A stretch of 64,000 nucleotides of DNA from an uncultured delta proteobacterium (GTDB taxonomy: Bacteria > Desulfobacterota > WTBG01): NCBI GenBank assembly GCA_963793865.1, contig CAWCBP010000006.1, positions 128,001-192,000 on the forward strand, in the 5' to 3' direction. This document shows, piece after piece, positions 28,847-37,958 of this stretch. The notes under the pieces are model-generated. The model had not been told where the DNA came from. It was given only the letters and a program-made list of their open reading frames with translations, and searched no databases. The translations under genes were made by a program, and so were the position numbers. Positions within the stretch are counted from its first letter, which is position 1. Every line of letters starts with the position of its first letter.

Positions 28847-29602
28847 ATGACAGCACGATGGATGCGATGTGTGGAATGCAACCAGGTGGCGCATCTGACC
28901 CCCTTCGAGGAAGCGCCCTCATACACGTATGACCGGGAGGCCGGAGACTTCATTGAGAGCAACGGTGAGGAAACGCCGGGCTTTACGGATCTGCACCGCC
29001 GCCACACGCTGGAAGAACTGTTTATCATCAAGGATTCGTTTATCAGTGAAGGCCGCTACGGCGAGCCGCTCAAGGTGAGCTACTTTGAGGCCAGTAATGG
29101 AAAGGAGCGCTTTGTCATCAGGGGAAGCCGAATGGATATAACCCGGCCCATAGCCTACGAGCTTATTCCCGGATACATCGAAACCAGCTTCAGGCGCGAG
29201 GTGCAGGGGCGGGAGATTCGCAGGCAGATTGATGAGGAGATCAAAGATCCCCCCGTGACCGGGGCCAAGGTGGATCTCTTTATCAGGGTGGTTGAACAGG
29301 TCGCAGCGCAATTCCCGCTCAAGGACCGGCTTGAAATCACCGCGGAAACGGATACCCCGCTCATCTCCCATTGCCGGCTCGGGGCGGGCGAGATACGGGA
29401 AATCCTGCACCTGTGCAGAGGAATCTTTGACGGGGAGGAGCTGAAAAGGCTGGAACGGTTTATCCATAACAACAACAGCTACAATGAGCCCATGACGCTG
29501 CTGCTTAAAAGAACCTTCCGGATAAAGCGCGCGCAGGGGCGGGTGCGCGAGGGGAAGCGGGAGGCGGGAGCGGAGAAACAGATGACCGCGCAGCATTCCT
29601 AG
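28847..29602 (+). CDS. Hypothetical protein with CxxC...HxxH
   Basis: 251-aa ORF co-oriented with the kinase; RCVECN and HRRH; no family recognised. Confidence 0.65.
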   Translation: MTARWMRCVECNQVAHLTPFEEAPSYTYDREAGDFIESNGEETPGFTDLHRRHTLEELFIIKDSFISEGRYGEPLKVSYFEASNGKERFVIRGSRMDITRPIAYELIPGYIETSFRREVQGREIRRQIDEEIKDPPVTGAKVDLFIRVVEQVAAQFPLKDRLEITAETDTPLISHCRLGAGEIREILHLCRGIFDGEELKRLERFIHNNNSYNEPMTLLLKRTFRIKRAQGRVREGKREAGAEKQMTAQHS

Positions 29603-29702
29603 CAGGCTGTTGAAAAAGACCCATCTGATATGTGGCTCAAGGGGGAGGGGCTTTTGACGCCACAAAGGCCTGAGGAAAAATAATTTTTCAACAACCTGCT
29701 AG
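29599..29702. mobile_element. MITE-like element with 19-bp terminal inverted repeats
   Basis: CTAGCAGGCTGTTGAAAAA ... TTTTTCAACAACCTGCTAG (1 mismatch); partial copies at 50559, 59798, 62639. Confidence 0.75.
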
Positions 29703-31024
29703 AGGGGCGCGGCGGAGGCAAAGACCGCCTCCTCGTCAAGCCGCTCCAGCCTGATGAGGAACTCCCGCCGGGTTTTATCAAAGCGCGGCCTTTGCTTTTT
29801 GTTCAGGGTTTCTTTCTGGAAGCTGGTAAATTTAACCGGGTTAATGAACTCCTTGCCTTTCATCAGCCGGTAATCAAGATGGGGCCCTGTTGACAGGCCG
29901 GTTGATCCCACGTATCCGATAATCTGTCCCTGTCTCACCTGCTGTCCCTGCTTCAGACCCTTGCCGAACCGTGAGAGGTGTCCGTAAAAAGAGGTGTAGG
30001 TGTGGTTGTGGCGGATTTTGACACATTTGCCATAACCGCCCTTCCATCCCATGAAAATAATCTTGCCGTTGGCAGTCGCCTCCACCGGGGTCCCGGCAGG
30101 CGCGGCGTAGTCCACGCCGAGATGCGGCCGGTAGATCCTCAGGACAGGGTGAAACCGGCTCCTGGTAAAACCCGAACTGATGCGGCTGTAGCGCAGGGGG
30201 GTTTTGAGAAACTCCCGCGTCACGGACTGCCCCCGGTCATCATAGTAGCCCGCCGACTCCTCTCCCTCTCCGAAACTGAATACCCGGTATTTTTTGCCCT
30301 GGTTGATGAACTCGGCGGCCAGGATCCTTCCGTATTTTACCGTCTTGCCGTCCCGGATGACTTCCTCGAAGAGGAGCTTGAACTCATCGTTTTCCTTCAC
30401 GCTGGTGAAGAAGTCTATGTCCCAGGCAAAGAGGTCGGCGAATTTCACCACCAGCGGGGGAGGACATCCGGAGCGGACCGCGTCGTCAAAAAGGCTGCTG
30501 GTGATGGTGCCGCTTACCGACCGCAGGGCAACATGGGAGCTGAGCTTTTCCTGCGCAGCGCTGTATCCGCCGTTTGTTTTGCTTACGATGAGCAGATGGC
30601 CGTCATCATACCCGTATTCCAACCGCTCCACGCTCTTTGTCCCCTGATCAAGGGTGAGGATGAGGGACTTGCCGGCGTGAAGTCTGGTAAGGTTGTAAAC
30701 CTTTTTGCTGCAGGCCATGATCCGGCTGATTTCCTGCGGATGCACGCCATGATTGACCAGCAGATCATGAAGCGTATCCCCCGCCTTGAGGGGAATGGTA
30801 AACCTCCTGATGCGCTGTTCATCCCCGTCGGGCGGAGGTGAAGGGGCCTTCTCCGCTTCCAGGGGCAATAGTGCATGCTCCGCCGCCGGCAGCGCGGCAG
30901 AAGGTTGCATCACCGTGCCGGAAACGGTCAGCGGCGTTTCCTTGGAGGAAGCGAGAAAGCGAAGCAGAATCCCGACGGAAAAGAAGACCAGAATTATCAG
31001 TATGCGCTTGGGGATATGTCGCAT
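29699..31024 (-). CDS. M23 peptidoglycan DD-endopeptidase (MepM-like)
   Basis: N-terminal TM, FAWDIDF, HLGVDYAAP, YGHLS, STGPHLDY. Confidence 0.95.
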   Translation of the reverse strand: MRHIPKRILIILVFFSVGILLRFLASSKETPLTVSGTVMQPSAALPAAEHALLPLEAEKAPSPPPDGDEQRIRRFTIPLKAGDTLHDLLVNHGVHPQEISRIMACSKKVYNLTRLHAGKSLILTLDQGTKSVERLEYGYDDGHLLIVSKTNGGYSAAQEKLSSHVALRSVSGTITSSLFDDAVRSGCPPPLVVKFADLFAWDIDFFTSVKENDEFKLLFEEVIRDGKTVKYGRILAAEFINQGKKYRVFSFGEGEESAGYYDDRGQSVTREFLKTPLRYSRISSGFTRSRFHPVLRIYRPHLGVDYAAPAGTPVEATANGKIIFMGWKGGYGKCVKIRHNHTYTSFYGHLSRFGKGLKQGQQVRQGQIIGYVGSTGLSTGPHLDYRLMKGKEFINPVKFTSFQKETLNKKQRPRFDKTRREFLIRLERLDEEAVFASAAPL

Positions 31025-31296
31025 GTGCTCAGGCGTTACGGGTTGTGGACAGGAGAAGCTGAAGGCTGCGGTTTATCCGGCATGAAGCCCGGCCGTAGTG
31101 CCCATGAATGGCGTGCGCGCCCGGCCGGGACTGCCGATGCCGGCGGGCTCTCTTTTTTTAGTGATTTCTCGCCGGTCATGAATTACAATATAGCATCATT
31201 TGGGAACATGGCAAAGCATTTAATGAACAGGGAATAAGATTTTATCCTTCGCATGCAACCCGCGACCGGAAGAGGCGGCCTGGTCCTGAGTGTCCC

Positions 31297-32538
31297 ATGA
31301 ATGTACCGGAACTGCTGGTGCCGGCAGGCACTATGGAAAAACTGAAAACCGCGGTTCACTGCGGCGCCGATGCCGTTTATCTGAGCGGCAAGCGCTACGG
31401 GTTGCGGAGCTACGCGGGTAACTTTACCCTCCCGGAGATCGAGGCGGGCGTGCGCCTGGCCCACACGAACCGGGTGAAGGTGTATGTCACCGTCAATATC
31501 ATAGCCCGCAACGATGATATTGACCATCTTCCCGGCTATCTCGAAGCCCTGGGCATGCTTGAGGTTGACGGCCTGATCGTAAGCGATCCCGGCATTATTG
31601 CCTGCGCCAGGAAGCATGCACCCCGCCTGCCCCTGCATCTCAGCACCCAGCTTTCCACCGCCAACTGGGAAAGCGCCCTGTTCTGGCAGCAGCAGGGGGT
31701 AGCGAGAATCAATCTCGCGCGTGAGCTTTCGCTCCGGGAGGTCGCGCAGATTAAATCAAAGGTTGCCTGTGAAATTGAAATCTTCGTCCACGGAGCAATC
31801 TGCGTCGCCTATTCCGGCCGGTGCCTGCTCAGCACCTATCTCGCGCAGCGGGAATCCAACCGGGGGGAATGCGCGCATCCCTGCCGGTGGAGCTATGCGC
31901 TGGTTGAGGAGAAGCGCCCCGGTGATTACTTTCCCGTGGCCGAGGATGAACGGGGAAGCTATATTTTTAATGCGAAGGATCTCTGTCTCATAGAGCACCT
32001 GCCGGAGGTCATCGCGACCGGGGTCGACGCGATCAAGATTGAAGGCAGGATGAAGGGCATACACTATGTGGCGGGCGTCACCAGGGCCTACCGCAGCGCG
32101 CTGGACGACTACCGCCGGGACCCTGAAGGCTTTCGATTCCGGCCCGAGTGGCTTGAGGAATTAAAGCGGCTCAGCCACCGCGATTATACGACCGGCTTTG
32201 CATTCGGCACCCCCTCCGCCGCTGATTATACCTATGAGACCTCCGCCTGTCTCAGGACGCATGAGCTGGTGGGAGTGGTGACCGATGTCCGTATGCCCGG
32301 TGCGGCCGGCGATGCGCCCGCTTCCGGCAGCTGGATAGAGCTTGCTGTGCGCAACAGAATCACCCGCGGGGAGTGGATTGAGTTTGTCGACAGGCAATTT
32401 ACCTGTCACGGCGGCAGGATTACAGAAATGACCGATGAGCAGGGCGGCGCGCTGAATGAAGCGCATCCCAACCAGCGCGTGCGGGTAAAAACCAGCCTGC
32501 CGGTGGGCGTAAACGACCTTGTGCGGCGGAAAAAATAA
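31297..32538 (+). CDS. Peptidase U32 family (TrhP/YegQ-like tRNA hydroxylation protein)
   Basis: PELLVPAG, HLSTQ, LARELS, FVHGAICVAYSGRC, CAHPCRW, KIEGRMK. Confidence 0.9.
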   Translation: MNVPELLVPAGTMEKLKTAVHCGADAVYLSGKRYGLRSYAGNFTLPEIEAGVRLAHTNRVKVYVTVNIIARNDDIDHLPGYLEALGMLEVDGLIVSDPGIIACARKHAPRLPLHLSTQLSTANWESALFWQQQGVARINLARELSLREVAQIKSKVACEIEIFVHGAICVAYSGRCLLSTYLAQRESNRGECAHPCRWSYALVEEKRPGDYFPVAEDERGSYIFNAKDLCLIEHLPEVIATGVDAIKIEGRMKGIHYVAGVTRAYRSALDDYRRDPEGFRFRPEWLEELKRLSHRDYTTGFAFGTPSAADYTYETSACLRTHELVGVVTDVRMPGAAGDAPASGSWIELAVRNRITRGEWIEFVDRQFTCHGGRITEMTDEQGGALNEAHPNQRVRVKTSLPVGVNDLVRRKK

Positions 32539-32632
32539 GCGGCTGCCTGTAAAGAGGCAGTTCCGTCACCCGCGCCGACGGGTGGGATGCCGGGACAGGC
32601 CGGCGGGGTTTTTGCTTGACAATATGTAGTGC

Positions 32633-32711
32633 TTGACATTTGAAGTCGGCCAATATATAGTTTTCGGCGCTCGCTTTTTTTATTGACAAAACCTTCGTTT
32701 CTGCATATAAA
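32633..32711 (+). promoter_or_regulatory. Tandem sigma70 promoters for yceD-rpmF-fab
   Basis: TTGACA-N17-TATAGT (32633-32661) and TTGACA-N17-TATAAA (32683-32711). Confidence 0.75.
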
Positions 32712-32723
32712 GCTCCCTTTAAA

Positions 32724-33296
32724 ATGAAAAGGCCCAGAAAACCTGATGAGTTATGTGTCGCGCTCGATGAGATAAGCGAGTCGGGGCATCATCTTTCCTG
32801 CAGAAAGCACCCGCGCTGGGTCGCCGAAAACCTGCAGGAAGAAAAAACCATTGATTGCGGCTTTGCGGAAGATATCAGGATAGGGCTTGATTTTTTCAAA
32901 ACAGGCAAGACGGTCATAGTGAGGGGCACGCTTGCAACCACCCTGCAGCTGCGGTGCGTAAGGTGCCTGGAGGATTTTACCCTTCCCCTTGCTGCGGCGT
33001 TCAATTATAATCTGCTGCCGGAAGAGGAGCGGGATCTGCCCCAGGAGATGGAAATCCCCCGGGAGGAATTTGAAGCCTCCTATTACAGGGGCACGCTTAT
33101 CGACCTCACCCCCCTGGTGCTTGAACAGATCGTTCTGCATATTCCCACGCACCCGCTCTGCCGCGAATCCTGCAGGGGCATCTGCCAGCATTGCGGAGCG
33201 GAGCTGAATCGTGCGCCGTGCCGCTGCGCCGGCGATGAAGGAACGGTGTCACCCTTTTCGGCACTGAAGCATTTTACACCCAAACAGAGAACATAG
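32724..33296 (+). CDS. yceD: YceD/DUF177 protein
   Basis: CVRCL, PLCRESCRGICQHCG; upstream of rpmF. Confidence 0.9.
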   Translation: MKRPRKPDELCVALDEISESGHHLSCRKHPRWVAENLQEEKTIDCGFAEDIRIGLDFFKTGKTVIVRGTLATTLQLRCVRCLEDFTLPLAAAFNYNLLPEEERDLPQEMEIPREEFEASYYRGTLIDLTPLVLEQIVLHIPTHPLCRESCRGICQHCGAELNRAPCRCAGDEGTVSPFSALKHFTPKQRT

Positions 33297-33323
33297 ATTC
33301 ACACGGGGAAAGAGAGACCAAAC

Positions 33324-33506
33324 ATGGCAAACCCAACCAAGAGGCATTCCAAATCCAGAAAGCGAAAACGCCGCACCCATGACAGCCTGTCCGCGGTGAA
33401 CATGGTAAGCTGTCCCCAGTGCGGTGAAACCAGGCTTCCCCATCACGTGTGCCCCCACTGCGGTGTCTACAAGGGGCGGCAGGTAATTACGGTGGAAGAG
33501 GTATAG
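33324..33506 (+). CDS. rpmF: 50S ribosomal protein L32
   Basis: MANPTKRHSKSRKRKRRTH, CPQCG, PHHVCPHCG.YKGR. Confidence 0.97.
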   Translation: MANPTKRHSKSRKRKRRTHDSLSAVNMVSCPQCGETRLPHHVCPHCGVYKGRQVITVEEV

Positions 33507-33570
33507 TGCGTGATCTTCCCCCCCATTGTTTCAGACATACTTTATAATCATGCACACGGGTGGTGAGGGA

Positions 33571-34551
33571 ATGATACGTGCGCGCATTGCCGGAACCGGC
33601 TCATATCTGCCGGAACGGGTGCTCACCAATGAGGAGCTGGAGCGGATTGTCGACACCAATGACGAGTGGATTGTCTCCCGCACCGGCATTAAGGAACGGA
33701 GGATCACCGGCGAAGGAGAGGCCTCATCGACGCTGGCTCTCAGGGCCGGGCAGCGGGCGCTGGAAATGGCAGGGGTCGCGCCTGAGGAGCTGGACATCAT
33801 CATCGTGGGCACGGTAACCCCCGACATGTTCTTCCCGTCGGTCGGATGCCTGGTACAGGATGCCCTGGGCGCCAAGCGGGCCGCCGCCTTTGACGTGTCC
33901 GCCGGCTGCAGCGGTTTTATTTACGCCCTCACCATTGCCGATGCCTTTATACAAAACGGGAAGTACCGGAAGGCCCTGGTCATCGGTACCGAAAATCTTT
34001 CCAAGGTAACCGACTACCAGGACCGCGGCACCTGCGTTCTTCTGGGTGACGGATCCGGGGCGGTGGTGCTGGTGGGGGAGGAGGGGGAGCGGGGCATCCT
34101 GTCATCGCACCTCCATTCCGACGGAAGCTATAGGGATCTTCTCTTCCAGCCGGGGGGCGGATCCGCCATACCGCCGACCTACGAGAGCATTGACAACCGG
34201 CTGCACTATCTGAAGATGGACGGCAACAAGCTCTTTAAAATTGCCGTCAAGTCCCTTGAGGATGTCGTCCTGGAGACGCTGGCCTCCAATGATATGAGGG
34301 ACAGTGACATTGATCTGCTCATACCGCACCAGGCCAACCTGCGCATTATTCAGGCCATTGCCAAGCGCCTGAATCTGCCCGAGGAGAAGGTTTTCATCAA
34401 CATTCACAAGTACGGCAACACCTCGTCGGCCTCGATTCCCATTGCCCTGGATGAGGCCAACCGGGGCGGCAGGATCAAGCAGGGCGACCTGCTGCTGTTC
34501 AACGCCTTCGGCGCGGGACTGACCTGGGGCGCGGTGCTGGTCAGATGGTAA
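33571..34551 (+). CDS. fabH: Beta-ketoacyl-ACP synthase III
   Basis: GTGSYLP, AGCSGF, PHQANLRI, YGNTSSAS. Confidence 0.97.
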   Translation: MIRARIAGTGSYLPERVLTNEELERIVDTNDEWIVSRTGIKERRITGEGEASSTLALRAGQRALEMAGVAPEELDIIIVGTVTPDMFFPSVGCLVQDALGAKRAAAFDVSAGCSGFIYALTIADAFIQNGKYRKALVIGTENLSKVTDYQDRGTCVLLGDGSGAVVLVGEEGERGILSSHLHSDGSYRDLLFQPGGGSAIPPTYESIDNRLHYLKMDGNKLFKIAVKSLEDVVLETLASNDMRDSDIDLLIPHQANLRIIQAIAKRLNLPEEKVFINIHKYGNTSSASIPIALDEANRGGRIKQGDLLLFNAFGAGLTWGAVLVRW

Positions 34552-34701
34552 GGGGACAGGCTTTGCCGGTCACCGGATGGGTTGCCAGTGGGCTGGTTGT
34601 CCGCCGATGCGGAGTGCATTCCCGGCGGCGGCCATGAACCCTTTACCGTGGACTGTTGACTGACCGCCGTTGACTAAAAAGATCATTTCAGCAAAGGAGC
34701 G

Positions 34702-35865
34702 ATGAAGCACATGGATTACGGTTTTACCGAGGATCAAAGGCACATTCAGGAGCTGGCCCGCAAGATCGGCAAGGATAAAATACTGCCGATCCGCGCCCAG
34801 CTTGATGAATCGGAGGAGTTTCCCTGGGCGATCATGAATACCCTGGCCGAGGTGGGTCTGTTCGGGATTTACATCCCCGAGGAGTACGGGGGGCTGGGAT
34901 TGGGCAATTTTGAGAATTGCCTCGCGGTGGAAGAGCTCAGCCGCTACTGCATCGGCGTTTCCGTCTCCTTCGCGGCAAGCGGTCTGGGCTGCTATCCCAT
35001 ACTGCTCTACGGCAGCGAGGAGCAGAAAAAGAAGTACCTTCCCCTGATTGCCTCGGGAAAGAAGCTGGCGGCCTTCGGCATCACCGAATCAGCCGCCGGC
35101 AGCGATGCTTCAGCCATCCGGGCCACGGCCACAAAGGACGGCGACAGCTACGTCATCAACGGCATCAAGCAGTGGATCACCAACGGCGGCGAGGCTGAGA
35201 TCTATTCCATCATTGCCAAGACCGACAAAACCAAGGGTCCGCGCGGCGCCAGCGCTTTTATCGTCGAGAAGGGCACGCCGGGCTTTACCTTCGGCAAGAA
35301 GGAGAAGAAGCTGGGCATCAGGTCCTCCGCCACCCGGGAGCTGGTTTTTGAGGACTGCCGCATCCCCAGGGAAAATCTCATCGCCAGGGAGGGGATGGGG
35401 TTTATCGTGGCCATGAAGACCTTTGACCAGACGCGGCCGGGCATTGCCGCCCAGGGGGTGGGCCTGGCCCAGGGAGCCCTGGATGCCGCCGTGGAATACG
35501 CGCGGGAGCGGGAAACCTTCGGCAAGCCGATTATTTCCCATCAGGCGGTGCAGCACATGCTCGCCGACATGGCAACCCAGATTGAGGCGGCGCGCGCTCT
35601 CACCTATCTCTCCGCCAAAACCGCGGACCTGCGCTCAAAGGACCTCCCCAAGGTATCGGCCATGAGCAAGCTTTTTGCCACCGACGTGGCCATGAAGGTG
35701 ACCACCGACGTGGTGCAGATCTTCGGGGGATACGGGTACATGCGTGACTACCCGGTTGAAAAGATGATGCGCGACGCCAAGATCCTGCAGATCTATGAAG
35801 GCACCAACCAGATCCAGCGCAACGTTATCGGGCAGCATCTCATCAAGGAAAGCGCAAGCAGCTGA
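34702..35865 (+). CDS. Acyl-CoA dehydrogenase (butyryl-CoA dehydrogenase-like)
   Basis: FGITESAAGSD, NGIKQWITNG, QIFGGYGY, QIYEGTNQIQR. Confidence 0.95.
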   Translation: MKHMDYGFTEDQRHIQELARKIGKDKILPIRAQLDESEEFPWAIMNTLAEVGLFGIYIPEEYGGLGLGNFENCLAVEELSRYCIGVSVSFAASGLGCYPILLYGSEEQKKKYLPLIASGKKLAAFGITESAAGSDASAIRATATKDGDSYVINGIKQWITNGGEAEIYSIIAKTDKTKGPRGASAFIVEKGTPGFTFGKKEKKLGIRSSATRELVFEDCRIPRENLIAREGMGFIVAMKTFDQTRPGIAAQGVGLAQGALDAAVEYARERETFGKPIISHQAVQHMLADMATQIEAARALTYLSAKTADLRSKDLPKVSAMSKLFATDVAMKVTTDVVQIFGGYGYMRDYPVEKMMRDAKILQIYEGTNQIQRNVIGQHLIKESASS

Positions 35866-35915
35866 AAACCCGCTGCGCACGCCCGGCGGCCTGCGCACGA
35901 GAGAGGCATGAAGTC

Positions 35916-36848
35916 ATGGCAGACGTAGGATTTTTGTTCCCCGGTCAGGGCTCACAGTATGTGGGCATGGGAAAAGAGCTGGCCGATACGTTCCCCGTTG
36001 CCCGCCGCACCTTTGAAGAGGCTGACGAGGCGCTGGGGGGAGGCATTTCCGCGCTCTGTTTCTCGGGTCCCGAGGAGGAGCTCAAGCTCACCCGCAATAC
36101 CCAGCCCGCCATCCTGACGGTGAGCATTGCGGCCCTGAGGGTCCTGGGTGATGAAACGGGGCTTCGTCCGGTCATGCTGGCGGGGCACAGCCTGGGTGAG
36201 TACGCGGCCCTGACCGCCGCCGGGGCCATGCAGTTTGCCGACGCGGTGCGGACGGTCCGCTTCAGGGGCATGTTCATGCAGGAGGCGGTCCCGCCGGGTC
36301 AGGGCGCCATGGCGGCCATCATGGGGCTGGAGGCGCCCGCGGTGGAGGAAATCTGCAGGCAGGCGGCCCAGGGAGAGGTGGTTTCACCGGCGAATTTCAA
36401 CTCCTCCTGGCAGATTGTCATTTCCGGGCATGCCGGTGCGGTGTCGCGCGCGGTAGACCTCGCCCTCAAGGGGGAGGCAAAAAAAGCGGTGATGCTGGCG
36501 GTCAGCGCTCCCTTCCATTGCAGCCTGATGAAGCCGGCCGCGGATCGGCTCGCGCAGGTGCTTGCGGATGTTCCCGTTTCTCCGCTTGCGGTACCGGTCA
36601 TTTCCAACGCGGACGCGAAGCCGTATCCCTCGCAGGACGACATCAAACCGCTCCTGGTGAAGCAGGTGGACCATCCGGTGCGCTGGGAGGAGTCCATGGG
36701 TGAGTTCGTCTCACGCGGCGTGAAAGGGGTTATCGAGATCGGTCCCGGCAAGGTGCTGACCGGATTGATGAAGCGGATATCCAAGGAGGTCAAAACGGCA
36801 AACATGGAACTGCCCGGCGATCTGGCGGAGCTGTCCCGGCTGGTTTAA
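35916..36848 (+). CDS. fabD: Malonyl-CoA:ACP transacylase
   Basis: FPGQGSQ, GHSLGEY, VSAPFH. Confidence 0.97.
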   Translation: MADVGFLFPGQGSQYVGMGKELADTFPVARRTFEEADEALGGGISALCFSGPEEELKLTRNTQPAILTVSIAALRVLGDETGLRPVMLAGHSLGEYAALTAAGAMQFADAVRTVRFRGMFMQEAVPPGQGAMAAIMGLEAPAVEEICRQAAQGEVVSPANFNSSWQIVISGHAGAVSRAVDLALKGEAKKAVMLAVSAPFHCSLMKPAADRLAQVLADVPVSPLAVPVISNADAKPYPSQDDIKPLLVKQVDHPVRWEESMGEFVSRGVKGVIEIGPGKVLTGLMKRISKEVKTANMELPGDLAELSRLV

Positions 36849-36876
36849 CTGATGCTGAGAAGCAAAGGCACGGTGG

Positions 36877-37623
36877 GTGTATATGGGTGTGAAAGGTAAA
36901 AGAATTATTGTAACCGGGGCCGCCCAGGGTATCGGGAAGGCAATTGCCGCACTCCTGGCGGAGCAGGGGGCATCGCTTCTGCTCTGCGACGTGGACCTGG
37001 AAAAGACGGAGGCGACTGCGCGTGATATCGGGGCAGGGGGGGCCACCTGCCTTGCCTGCAGGGCCGACGTCACCAAATCGGCTGACGCGGAGGCCCTGGT
37101 GCAGGATGCGGTGGGGCGCCTGGGGGCGGTTGACGTCCTGATCAACAACGCCGGCATTACTAGGGACAATGTTCTGCTGAGGATGAAAGAGGATCAGTGG
37201 GACCAGGTGATGGCGGTCAACCTCAAGGGGACGTTTAATTGCACCAAGGCCGCGATCAAGATCATGATTCGTCAGAAGCAGGGGACGGTCATCAACATCG
37301 CCTCCATCACCGGTCTCATGGGCAACGCCGGTCAGGCAAACTATTCGGCCTCCAAGGCGGGCGTGATCGGGTTTACCAAGGCCATTGCCCGCGAATATGC
37401 CGAGCGGGGGATAACCGTGAACGCGGTTGCGCCGGGATTCATCCAGACGGCCATGACCGATGCCATACCCGAAAAGGAGCGGGAGGCGCTCATAAGCCAG
37501 ATACCGCTGAAGCGCCTGGGCACGCCCCTGGATGTGGCCCGGGTTGTCCTCTTCCTGGCCTCTGATGAAGCGGCGTATATTACCGGGCAGGTCATCGGCG
37601 TGAACGGCGGACTTTACATGTGA
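36877..37623 (+). CDS. fabG: 3-oxoacyl-ACP reductase
   Basis: TGAAQGIG, NNAGITRD, GQANYSASK. Confidence 0.96.
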   Translation: MYMGVKGKRIIVTGAAQGIGKAIAALLAEQGASLLLCDVDLEKTEATARDIGAGGATCLACRADVTKSADAEALVQDAVGRLGAVDVLINNAGITRDNVLLRMKEDQWDQVMAVNLKGTFNCTKAAIKIMIRQKQGTVINIASITGLMGNAGQANYSASKAGVIGFTKAIAREYAERGITVNAVAPGFIQTAMTDAIPEKEREALISQIPLKRLGTPLDVARVVLFLASDEAAYITGQVIGVNGGLYM

Positions 37624-37647
37624 ACGAAACAATCTCAAGGAGGATAC

Positions 37648-37890
37648 ATGAGTATGACGGTGGAAGAAAAAATAAAGAATGTGATCGTTGAGCAGCTGGG
37701 GGTGAGCGCTGATGAGGTGGTTCCTGAGGCCTCCTTTGTGGATGACCTGGGCGCTGATTCCCTTGACCTGGTGGAACTGATAATGGTATTGGAGGAGGCG
37801 TTCGAACGGGAAATCCCTGACGAAGACGCGGAAAAGCTTCAAACGGTTGGGGACGCCATAAACTATATCAAGAGCGGTATGAAAGCGTAG
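37648..37890 (+). CDS. acpP: Acyl carrier protein
   Basis: [13 protein letters not shown]. Confidence 0.97.
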   Translation: MSMTVEEKIKNVIVEQLGVSADEVVPEASFVDDLGADSLDLVELIMVLEEAFEREIPDEDAEKLQTVGDAINYIKSGMKA

Positions 37891-37958
37891 CCGCGTTACC
37901 GCACCCTGTTCGGCGGATTCCGCGGGATCTTCGCACACGGGCAGGGGAGGGCAGCATC

